From NCBI GenBank assembly GCA_002633005.1, contig NMRA01000435.1, positions 283,679-347,678 on the forward strand: a stretch of 64,000 bases of DNA. Direction: 5' to 3'. The notes under the pieces are model-generated. The model saw only the letters and a list, made by a program, of their open reading frames with translations. It ran no database searches and was not told where the DNA came from. The position numbers were made by a program, and so were the translations under genes. The stretch's first letter is position 1. Every line of letters starts with the position of its first letter. Positions 40,498 to 51,984 of this stretch are shown here, in pieces. The stretch is from Phoronis australis (Eukaryota; Animalia; Phoronida).

Positions 40498-43199
40498 GGT
40501 GAACAAGGAAATACTGAAAAACACAAACAAAAGTTCAGATTAAAATGAGGAAAATTCACCGACGCGTTGATCTAATAACTGACACAAAGAAATGCTTAAT
40601 TTCTGGTGGAAATGAGGAAAAACCATTGACAGTTTGTTGCTATGGTGATCAAGGAAACTGATGAAAAGAAGACAAATAATCAATGATACAGAATGACAAA
40701 GAACAAGAAACAAAAATCGTAAGATTGCACGACGCCCAATTACAGTTAATTCAATTCCACGAACAATGCAAGTTCATTATGTCATCCCAACCTCTCACTC
40801 CGTATGCAAGGTTTCTTACTGGATTTGACCATCGTTCATGAAACATGGTTTTTAAAAAGGGGGTATTAAAATACAAGTTGGCATATTCATTCTAATGTTT
40901 TCACTAAGCCAAGTTTCAGAGTATGAGCACAATGATTTGTCTACAACAGAAAGCATATAATCAGCAATGTCGTAATGATTGGAATCATGTTTTCAATATT
41001 CGAGGAGCTTGAATGTCTTATTTTAAGCTTAAAAATTTCACTGGTAGAGTTCACGGGCGATGATGATTAAACCTTAAAACCAAATATTTGAACCGTATAT
41101 ATTACTAAGCTTCTTTTACTCAGTTAAGTGATGTTCACATACCAACGTACCCCTAGAACAAGTTGGTCCTGGAATGAGTTGTCGCTAGGTTTGAGTGCTG
41201 TCTGTATGGTATTTAAACTAGTACAACTTACCCCACTTGTGACAACTTACGTCACATCATTGAGGTGGGGTAACTTGTTCTAGGGTAACTAGAGCCACCT
41301 GTAATCGCTGTGTTGCCACAAAAGTGGGTTGGGCAGAAGTAATTATAAGCTCCGGTTACATACAGACGGGTTTTCTCTTGCGCGCAATATTAGCATTACG
41401 TTTTCATTGTCAGGCACAGAGTGACTACTTCCGTCTTACCCCAGTTATACTTAGAAGTAGGGTAAGTTGCATTTAGTAAGTGCAAGTTATTCCTAGAGGG
41501 TAGGCTGTGTGTGGACGGAACTTTGCATAGTCACTCGCTCTTAGTATTGTAGTTGTGGCTTAAAACAAGAATTGCTAATGGATAGAAGTTTTGTTCACTG
41601 CAGTAGCTTTTCCAAAACGTTGATTTAATCGCACTAGAATTAGTGCCTAGTTTGCATCTAATCCATGTGATCTTGGCCTTTAGGGGGGATTTAGTACAAT
41701 CTCGTCATTTCGGACAGAAGCTATACTCAAAACTGACGATTTTAATTTGTCTAGAGCAGTGTTGTCTGTCCAAAATTTCTTAAAACATTGTCTGACGGTA
41801 CAATACAGTACAGTAATCCGACAGAATACTGTTGCCCCGTCACGACAACTACGCAATTCAGTTAACAGCAAAAATGACTTGTAATAACTAATATGAGGGC
41901 AAAATCATAATCACAGAACAGCTTAGCCACCTTACTAACTAATTATTAATTATTAATTATTAATTCCCTTCGTTCTGTTTCATGATGGAAAATCACCATG
42001 ACAATGAATTTGGCTTCTGTCCAGACTTCAGAACGGGGAATTCTGGGTAATTTGGTATGAACCCTGTTGACCTGTGTTGTAGCTAAGGTATCAAAAAACA
42101 ACGAAGCAGTTAGTGGTATCAAGTACACTGTCACAAGCCAACTTGTCGAGCCTAGATTCAAGAAATAATAGATTGCCACATCTTCTCGAGGCCTGAAATC
42201 GCTCCTAAATTGAGTATGGATCAAAAGCAGAGACCAATATCACAACTGCTCGTGATCTACTGTAAATCAAACGTTTATGAGGCTATAAATCCACATTCCC
42301 ACGAACTTTTGATTTGGGCCACTTCCTGTCAACTTGTTCCTTACTCAAATGAGAACTCAAGTAATATCTAGGTTTGCAAAGATCTGGCAGTCGGTTATTC
42401 CTTGAGAATATAATCGGGATATAAGTTGACACAATGTGACAATACAACTTGTACTGCTTGGTCTCAAGTAATAGAAAACATCAGTTCCTTCCAAGCCCTT
42501 ACACAGAAATCCATTTGGACCAAATGAAATTTGAGGCGGATGTCATGAAGGCTCAAGTTTTCTAAATCAAAAGATGGTTTCAGTGATGGAGGGCAGGTTT
42601 ATAGATACTGTTTAAGCTTTTTGACAGATGGCTGGATCACGGGAACTCTAAGGGAGTTCAGATGATTGGCAGGCGACATGAAGCACAATGGTTGGAGACA
42701 GGACATCATATCCACTGTTCTCCACAACTTGTATCGACTTGTGACAGTAACGAGTTTAGATTTTGCTGCTTTGACTTTGTCTAACCTGCATGGAGAAACT
42801 AAAAACATTGGCACATCTTGACCATTTGGCACCAGTTAACTCAGTTTACCCTAAGTTCTCTCAGGCAGTGAACTCACTTCACAAGGGTAGGTCAGTTAAG
42901 ATGCTGGCGCCCGGTTTGTTAATTAAATTATAAAAATGTAGAAGTTGAAATAACTGAATGCTCACTGAGACAAACTTCACTATGAGCTTATAACCGCTCG
43001 AAATCAAAACAAGTTATTTGAGACGCTGCGTACTAGCAATGTCGCAATCTGGAGTAATGATACCTCAACTTGCGGATGAACATGCTCACACCCCGAGGCA
43101 AATTCTGATTCCTAGCCTTCCATCGCAGCATGAATACGGATTTTTTAACATCTCTTAACTGTTGTCGTATGTGTTTGAATTTTCAGAAGTGAAGAACAT

Positions 43200-43491
43200 G
43201 CCATTCTTCAGGAAGCAAGCCCAACATCTATACCAAAATAACCATTCCATGGCACACGGATGACAACAGTTTTTTTTAATATGAGCACAGGCCCAGAAAT
43301 CGCTTTCGCATTATACCCAGGTTCTCCTTCATTCCCTTGCATATGTTCACTAGTAAGACCGAGCTCAGAGGAGCAGGAGACACCTTTGTGCAATGCTCGA
43401 TTATCAGCCAGTGAAGTCAGGATTCGAACCCAGGTGACCTCTCCCGAGCAGGAGTTCTGAGCTCAAACAACTAAGCCACACTGTCTTCTCC
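43200..43491 (-). mobile_element. tRNA-headed SINE related to the 19125 copy
   Basis: Minus-strand head GGAGAAGACAGTGTGGCTTAGTTG ... GGGTTCGAATCC, with the body motif GCTCCTC(TG)AGCTCGG shared with the 19125 element. The 3' boundary is approximate. Confidence 0.65.
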
Positions 43492-44636
43492 AGCACTTGT
43501 TTCTTAGTTCAAACATGGCATCTGGGATCACTAATTAACCGTTGCCTTTTTCGATGTCTGCAATAGCGCTTTTGTAGCCAGACCACATACGTCAAAGGAC
43601 ACACACGCTGCAGGGGAAAAGCAACTTTGTTAATTGTTGCATAAACAAGCAAATATTACACAAAGTGGTTGCGATTTAACACCATTTCCAACTTATAAAG
43701 CGCTACAGGTAACAAGACATGAAACGACAATTACAAGCAAAAATCACCCTTTTGCGCGCAGCAAATCAGTCTGGCAAAAACGCCTTGCGTTTGAGCCACT
43801 GAAAAACCGTCTCCCTTTTTGCCACCCATATGAATCTACAGCACCAGGGGAAGCACAGTAACAGCCTTGACTATAGTGGCAATTAATGAGTTAAATGTGA
43901 TGATACTAATGAGACATACGTAGGCATCACAAGCCCCTGAACATTGTGTGAAATATGACATGTTTTCACCACTTCACACCCAATCTCTTTCGAAGTGGGT
44001 AGTCTGGTTGCAAAACGCCTACAGAAATGCCAGCGGTTACGTGGTAAGTCAAACAATGACCACTGCCATCATTCACTTAGCAGACCCTTCATCACCAGCA
44101 GAATTGCTCATGAAAACACTTGCTAGTTAACAGAATATACTATGCCACAATCAATCCCTGAAGGATGACATACATGTAGCATGCAAGTATGACATCATAT
44201 CCTATAGGTAGACATGCTGCAGAATCACAATTTATCTGGCTATGGGTAAAACTCTAAGATAATAAAAGATAGAGAATGGTTTCCAATTATTCAAAGCACT
44301 GTACAACTAATATTAAAGTAACGTGTTGATTTAAATTCGCCCGTGTTCTAATGCTGCATCTTGTCACGTTTAGCTGGTTAAAAAATAATGAAAATCGATG
44401 GCCTTTTTGCTCTCACAAAAATTGGTCTCGCATAATAGTTCTTACCATTATGGAATTCTCTATCCATTACCAACAAGAACACAGTAACCCTCAGCAAATA
44501 ATAAAAATGGTTGCAGAGTGTTTAGATGGTTTGCCAACCCTAAAATTGTGAATTCGAAAACCGCGTATACGATTTGGAGTTTATTGGGGGTTCAGACCAA
44601 TCCTAAGATTGCAAATTCAAAAATGGTGCATGTTTA

Positions 44637-44795
44637 CCGTAATCGTTCGGGTTAACGCCCTGGGTGGTTAAATTGGCGAATCCAAAAAATCGGGGGAGGG
44701 CAGTTAACCGAGCAGTGGGCGGTTAAATCGAAAATCCACTTAAAGTCTGGGATGGGCGGTTAACTGAGCATGGGCGTTAACCCGAACGATTACGG
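44637..44795. mobile_element. Tc1/mariner-type MITE (TA target), nested in an older repeat
   Basis: Perfect TIR CCGTAATCGTTCGGGTTAACGCCC / GGGCGTTAACCCGAACGATTACGG flanked by TA. The host repeat (about 44420-44850) resembles 52180-52340. Confidence 0.8.
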
Positions 44796-47700
44796 TATAT
44801 TTCCTATGACTTGAGATGGTACTAAAGTAATAGAAATGGAATCCTATCACGGTGAGGAATGTGATAAGTCGATTTTATTAGGAGAGAAGGCCCAATTTAA
44901 TTTCCGTTATTTTTAGCCAGCTAATTTGATTGAGAAAGAAAAACTGTGCAAACAGTTCTATTTCATGGGAGGTGGATCAAACCGATGTTATTGTTTTAAC
45001 AGAAGGCAGTAACATAACAGCTTTAAGTAATCAACCAACTGCAACTTCCAAAAAATATTTATATAACCCAATANAACGTATAAGTTAGGAAATCAACAAT
45101 TCAAAGAAAATGAATTTTGTCACTGGTTATCAAATCCTCCCAATTGCAATTATACATAAAGATATTTAAGTCACTGTGCATAAATACATCTTGCAAAGGT
45201 CTAAATACTGGCTACAAGAAGAATTCTTAATGTGCGCTACTCCCTATCCGCTTATAGTGCTGATAAAATACACAATTGAGTTCATGGTGTTAGCTAAGTC
45301 CAATGTGTTACCCAAATGTTTCCAATCAAACTCAGTATCCCTCAAAAAATGAGCGCCGAGCTGTTAAGCAGTCTTACTCTTTGAACAATATAAACATGTC
45401 AAACAGTGATTGTTCTACTGAAAGGTCAATCAAAAAGGCAACCTGTGTAGTTATGCAAACCATAGCCCTGAAGGTTGGAAAAAAAAACAACTGCTCCACA
45501 ATTATAGTTGCAGAAAAATGGCATGATGCCAACATTAACTTCTGGTGTGTAACTGCTCTCGTTGGTTACTTGCTGTATAACAATCTTCACTTAATCTCGT
45601 CTACAGACGTTTTTTTTTTTGGCAAACTACACAACTCAGGTACAATTCATTTACTCAACTGTCTGGGAAAATATCACACATCCTGCCAAAGACTAATTCA
45701 AGAAGGTGTTTAAGTACACTCAAATGGAAGAATACATTTCAGAAATTATGAATATGAAAAGTTTAACAATAGATGGTTCTCTCTGGCTCTTTTCTTGAGT
45801 TTACTTGAGTACGCAGGGGACCTTCTAACTTTGTAGGCAGGTCTTGAAATGCACGCATGTGTGTGAGGCGTGTGTGCGTGTCTTTCGTGTATTGTACATT
45901 GATTTTGTGTTTTCAATAAATGAATTGACAAAAAAACACTTTAGGTGAGATGGCAATAGTTCCTTCTCGTGGACCTGTGATTTTGAATATGGTAAAATTT
46001 CTTCATTTAAACCACAATATTGCAGAACAGTGAAAAGTTATTTCAACAAAATTTTCAACAAAAGTCAATAGGAAGAACACTTTACTCCCTCATTTCTGGT
46101 GTTTATATTGTATAACTGCCATCAACAAAAACACAATCGCATTCAAGCATTTTAACAATACGATTAGGTTTAGACTGATGAAAAATGACGATTTTGTCAA
46201 CTATTTTTGTTTGAAATTCGGTAAAATTTACCATACCCCTGATTATCCAGTGGATGAAACTTAAGCTTTCATAATCAGCGTCTACCAATGGGACTACTAC
46301 TAGTGGTACTTATTTTATAAATCCTTGAATTCAAGAATAAACTGCAGTTTTGGAATATCTTTTAAATGAATTTTTAATTGGCTATACTTCAGTCACATTT
46401 ACTGTGATTGCTGAGTCAATTCAAATCTGAGAACTCGGCATAGACTAGCTATGGTCTGAATAAAGCGAGTTGAAGAAGAAATTTCTCATTACATAAATGT
46501 AGTGTCCTGTCATCACTTTTCAATACTCGTCTGCAAAAGGAGGGAGGAAAGCTGAATTCACTTGATTTGTAAAAATTCTTTGATGATCTCCTGCTGTCCT
46601 AAGTATGACTTAATTATTTGATCTCGACTGAAATTGAAAAGTTCCCAATATAATTGCGACGGCTCCAGCCAAAAGCTAAAATACTAAGTTCAAGCACTGA
46701 TAATTTTCCAGTTCAATCAAACCTATTATCTAGATACAACTGTACATGTAAATATTTGATTAAAAGTTACATGTGAAGAAACTGAGAAGATAAAACGCTG
46801 TAGCTACTAACGTAGGCCATGCATCTCTGTACCCTGCCACTAGGAGGCGCAGTCGTGAATGAGTCGGGTTTTATTGGCCGTATGATTCCAGCAAATCCAA
46901 AGGTGTTGGGTACGGCCAGTTTGCAATCACAGAGAATTCAGATCATTCTTTTATGAGCAATGCTTTGATCTAGGTATGTCTTAGCCACTTCAAGTATACT
47001 CAAGAATCTTTTATGTGACCCTAAGGTGCTATGGCACATATTTACCACGATTCATTAAATAAAGTTCATCAAACATTCTACAAAATCAATCCAGTTTCCA
47101 ACGTTTAATTTCGTAGAATAAACTTACAAGACACTAAAAGCTTCATTAGTGGATGTTAGTGACCCGTGTCAGTCGGGTTACATGTGTCATGATTTCTTTT
47201 CAACAACCAAATCGATAGGAATTACCATTGCTTTCAATGTGCTCTAGGTCAAACGTAAATTATGTTTTCAGAGTCATGGAGAGGGCACCCGTCTGGCAGC
47301 AGGACTAGACCTAATCTTTCATGGGACCTAAGCAAAATTTAAAACGAGGCACTTTTTACTGATGACAGTCTAGCACGGCCATTGAAAACAGACTGGATGC
47401 GCAACATGGAGTCCAACTACTGCTAACTTCAAACTGAAATGACAATTTTTACAATGAACTGTCTTGATTGCAGAAAATGCGAAGTTGATGACATTTTCCT
47501 ACAGTTTTATCGTTGAGTCTCATTATGACATAACGGTGCTGAGTATGAGTGTTGATTGTATACATACAGAGTTAAAGTCAACTCTTGTTCTGAACGTCAT
47601 ATTATTTTGCAGAATAACCATTTGAATGTTCAATAGCCACGTTCCAAAATATAATATTGGTAGCATTATTTTTTTTTCTAAATTCTGAATGACAAATCAG

Positions 47701-49235
47701 AGGTACAAAAGTCAAACCTGTGTTTTGTAAAAAACATGCAACTTGAAATAAGCAGGTTGTTTCTTTAGTATAGTTAATGACACTCCATCTACAGAATTAT
47801 AGCAAAAATATGAAATTTGTACCTTTTGTGTATATTTTTCTCATCTCGTTTTACTTCTTGTAGTTTTTCCAACCCAGAACCAGACAGATACGTTTGGACA
47901 TCATTGCTAGACAAATTCACAAACAGTTTGTCAAACATACAGACTAAATTGTCTTAACAATCAGGCTACCCTGTGACAACTGAAGTATTTCTTCCATCCC
48001 AAAACAACACAGCAAGACTCGTCATATTCATACTAAATATGTACATACAGTAGAACTATGTATTTTATGTGACTATAAAAGCTAGTTAAGATGATACGAT
48101 ACACTTTATAACAGCAAATTGACTTGAGATCTCCAAAAACAGTGCATTCATTATTCAACCAATGTAAGCTACTTGGCTGTTTTCGTAAATTTAGAAGAAA
48201 AAATTTTGGTCCACGCTGTTTTTAGAAAAAAGCTCACAACAGAGGAGCTGCTTTTGTAAACGTAGATGTAAAAGCCTTGGTCTATGTATTTTTTTTTGTA
48301 AAAACCTCATTGTGTAGGGGGGGGGGTTACTGATGAAAGGTAGTGGAGGGTGGGGCCCCTGGGGGTAACGCGCTGCTGGAATCATAGAAGCCCTGGAATA
48401 TTGGGAACCCCATTTTGGACACCCTATTTTTGAAATCCTGGATGAAGCCCAGTTAGGAATTTATCTTAACACTGCTCAAACCCACTTTGAGCATCACAAG
48501 TTGCTACAACAGGAACGCTACTCAATGGTTTAAAAAAATCAACAAACTCCTCCCAGATATCAAACAGTTCAATGACATATTTCCTCCTCACCAAATAAAA
48601 CTCAGCTAAGTCATATTCAAGTAACTGGAGAAGAAAACACAACATTAACCTCAAATGTTTCTAAGCCATGACAAGAAATTGACTTTCACCAGCTTAACAG
48701 CAATTTTTGAGACCAGTGTGTTGGAGAAATCTGCTTAATTCATGACTTCAGTCTCTAAGTACCTAGTGTAACGAAATGTCTCCTTAAACAATAAATATTC
48801 AGTAGATACTTATGCATACTGATTTTATTATTTGGGACTAGCCTGATATTTCAATATTCCCTTATACGGGGCATGCCTGATCGTCATGCGGCTCTGACAC
48901 CACAAAGTGGGTCAGCCAGTCTTGCTGGCAGCAATGCCGAGGGGAGACAACTACACATGGAGCATGTCAATAACATTTATTGCGACATGTCTAAAAATTT
49001 TAGGTGTTTTAGGTTATTGCCTCTGGTCTAAAAGTTTAAGAAACTAGATTTAGGAGAGGTCCAAGGCTGCTTGCCCCCCCCTCACGACACGCTGCCAGGA
49101 TGCCGTTTTTAGGAATCATGCAAATATTGTCCTTAAAAATGTACTGTTAAGCATTTGGGTTAATGCCCATGTTCATGCAAGCACCCACTTCACAGATTGC
49201 GCACCTTCTCAGCTTAAATTTTAGAGAATTTTCTG

Positions 49236-49730
49236 GGCACTAGTCGGATATAATGGACCCTAACTTATTCCAAATAAATCCACTAAATGTAGGTCTAAAT
49301 GAATGATTTTAATACCGTTGCATTGGTCGATTTTGTCAATTATTAACGTCATCGTTATTAATCATCGTTACATCTGCTCTCGTCATCACCTTCGTCGTCT
49401 CTCTCACAATCGTAACTGTCATCGTCATGTTATCGTCATCCATGTTGACCGATGAAAAAGGAACAGCGCGCGTTGTAGCAAATCGCCGATAGATGGCGCT
49501 AATTATAGTAAGTTCCCTGAAATGGCTGCCGATTTCACAATGCGCGTGGCTAAAGTGGACCGAGTTTGGAATGGCGTAGTTATAGACTAGAGTAATTGAG
49601 GGTTGTGAAAAGGATTTGTACGGATAGCCAGATGTCTGAGGAATGCAACGATACCAAAATCATTCATTTAGACCTACGTTTTGTGGATTTATTTGGAATA
49701 AGTTCGAGTCCATTATATCTGACTAGTGCC
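49236..49730. mobile_element. 495-bp non-autonomous DNA transposon with TIRs of about 75 bp and an 8-bp TSD
   Basis: GGCACTAGTCGGATATAATGGAC...TTATTCCAAATAAATCCAC...GTAGGTCTAAATGAATGATTTT is mirrored at about 49656-49730. Flanks ATTTTCTG / CTTTTCTG. The interior is CpG-rich. Confidence 0.8.
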
Positions 49731-50519
49731 CTTTTCTGTTAAGTGCCCAATGCTAGGGCTAGCGACCACCCAAAATTTGTTTTGGAATTGATTTTCAAAA
49801 CTGTAAGGCATGCTTTTAAATGCAGGAACTGGACTACAGTATAGTTATAGCTGGGATTTATGGTTGTAACCATTGACATTGTATTCTATTAGCATCTTCT
49901 ATAACTATCGCCTGGATTGTTGAAACTAACATTTACCCAGACTATAGTCAGTCTAAGTCACTACAACAACAAATTTATTTTTCATAAGAACCATTCCTTT
50001 CTCCCAGCCAAACATTGGCCTTGCTTACCCTCGAAAGCCAAAGGCAGTGACAGGCACATCGGGGTCATGTGACATTTTATGACAAACCTATTTTATTTTC
50101 ATACATAGCATAGCACCGTAAGTACCAAGCCCAAGCCTCCAATGTCAAGGGAAGAGTCACCTGACAAGTGACAGAGACAGTAGTGATATTGCCCTTGCAA
50201 AGTCTCATGCGCCTGTGTGATCTATAGATCTAGGTCATTTTAAGATGTTGCTGACAACTACCATAAACATTTGGATTAACGCTTAAACTGGCTAGGCTGT
50301 GGGCACTTAACCTGAGACTGGGCCACATACTCGCCTTCGCCTTGGCTTGGTCATCCAAATTCTCACGTTTCATGACTTTCACATGCATTTGGCATTGGTG
50401 AACTTCTGATCTAACCATAGCTAATGAAGTGCGTGCGTGATGTTTGAATTTTCACAGCTGCATGTGCAAAGATGTCTATAATTGAGTGATAACTGTGTCG
50501 AGAATATAGACACCAAAAA

Positions 50520-50710
50520 CATACCTCAAACAGTTAAAACTGCAGCAGGGCTTCCTGAATTTTTGTGATTTGATGTTATTTTACCTTCTTCACAGGAAAC
50601 TTCGAAATGTATGTTACGTCATCGATTTCTGAGCAGTGTGACGTAAAAGCAGGAAGTTGCGGATGAGCGCCAAGTTTGATTGAAGTTGATGCGGCCAGCC
50701 TCTGGTTTGT
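50520..50710. promoter_or_regulatory. Candidate bidirectional promoter and first non-coding exons for the E2 gene (minus) and SASS6 (plus)
   Basis: Both ATG-containing exons have upstream acceptors (40515-40516 and 51957-51958). This interval has an outward-facing minus-strand donor (GAG/GTATGT at 50524) and a plus-strand donor (CTG/GTTTGT at 50705). Between them lie inverted CRE-like sites (TTACGTCA 50614-50621, TGACGTAA 50639-50646) and an ETS site (CAGGAAGT 50650-50657). This is an inference from motifs only. Confidence 0.45.
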
Positions 50711-50905
50711 TCATTTTCAGTGTTATCTGTGTTTCTTGTAGTGTTATTCCATGAGTAGTGTAGCTTTTCAAGATCTTTCACGGTTGAAGTTCTGGTTAAA
50801 GCAGTCTTTTGAATGTTATTGGCTATTTTTTTTCGTGATGAGTTCCCCTTCCGGGGCCTTCCGAGGTGTTCCCCTTCCGAGCGGTTTTTAGTTCGGATTC
50901 AGTTC

Positions 50906-51363
50906 TGTAGTAATAGCCGAGATAACCCGACCCGGGGATCGAACCAGTGACCCCCATAAAACCGGCAAACGTGCTAATCATTTAGCTAATAGGCAATTGC
51001 CCATTAACGAGTAGCTAACAAAGGCTCATATGATTCACCGGAAGCACATCTACAACATTCCCCCCTTCCCTATGGAATGGGCACACCACCAGGAAGGTAA
51101 ACACCAGGATGTCTCGCATACAGGTCATCAACGTCCCTTGGTACCTTTACCACCAGAACACAAGGTAGTCTCTCATACAGATCCTTGACTCCTGAAACCT
51201 TCGCGCCGTCCTGAGGTCCGTGGGTACTAGTTGGCAGTGCTTCATCGGTAGGTCTTCCGTTTGCCGACTACACCATTTGTAGTAATAGCCAACGACACCC
51301 ATAAAACCAGCGAGCATGCTCAGCATGCAGCTAATAGGCAATTAGTTGCTTGTTAGCGAGCAA
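50906..51363 (-). mobile_element. Miniature non-autonomous LTR retrotransposon (TRIM) with a tRNA-like Pol III promoter in its LTR (Helenus-like)
   Basis: Read on the minus strand: truncated 5' LTR (about 51363-51278, ending ACTACA); PBS TGGTGTAGTCGGCA (51275-51262); about 220-bp non-coding interior; PPT GGGAAGGGGGGAA (51070-51058); complete 3' LTR 51054-50906 with TGTAG...CTACA termini, an A-box-like TAGCTAAATGATTAG and a B-box GGTTCGATCCC. Confidence 0.8.
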
Positions 51364-51984
51364 TGGAACGGCTCATGGATGGACCAACAATGGCCCACGT
51401 CTTAGTCCTGCATTCACTCTCTTGAGCAAACAATGTCCTACTCGCTATTGGACACGGTCTGTGTTGGTCATTTGAGGTCCATTGGTCAACGGAAATAAAT
51501 AGTGAATCAAGGTGCTGGCCATTTATGTCACTATTATTCCATGGATAATGTAAATACAAGTCAAGGGATCAATAATTGACATGGAAAATGTCTGTCCAAG
51601 GTAACCAGGGATCTGCAGTCTTACTAAAGATAGCATTACAACAGTTTTTCTCCCCTTCAGGAGACGCCTTTGTCCCGTGTTATTCCACACTACTCCCAGT
51701 GTTACTGAACAAGGGTGCCCCTGTGTAGTGTGCCGTCTGGGGCAATGAACAGGGGCACCCCACATGCAATTTACCCTACAATTTGCCTCTCTGCAACACG
51801 TGCGGGTTGGATCATAGTTCAGAACCATTGTAGAAAATCAAGATGCAGAGTTTTGAATCCAGATCTTTGTTATCAGAGTCTATTGTCTTAACGAATCAGC
51901 CAATGACTGATTGCTAAGTGATATTATGGATGCTAACTTGTTTGGTTTCATTTCCTAGGTTACCCTCAACTCTGATCATTTGTA

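Noticed and set aside
41946-42832. Minus-strand ORFs with a good acceptor near 42786
   Set aside because: No recognisable protein, stops in the continuing frames, and no compatible exon chain.
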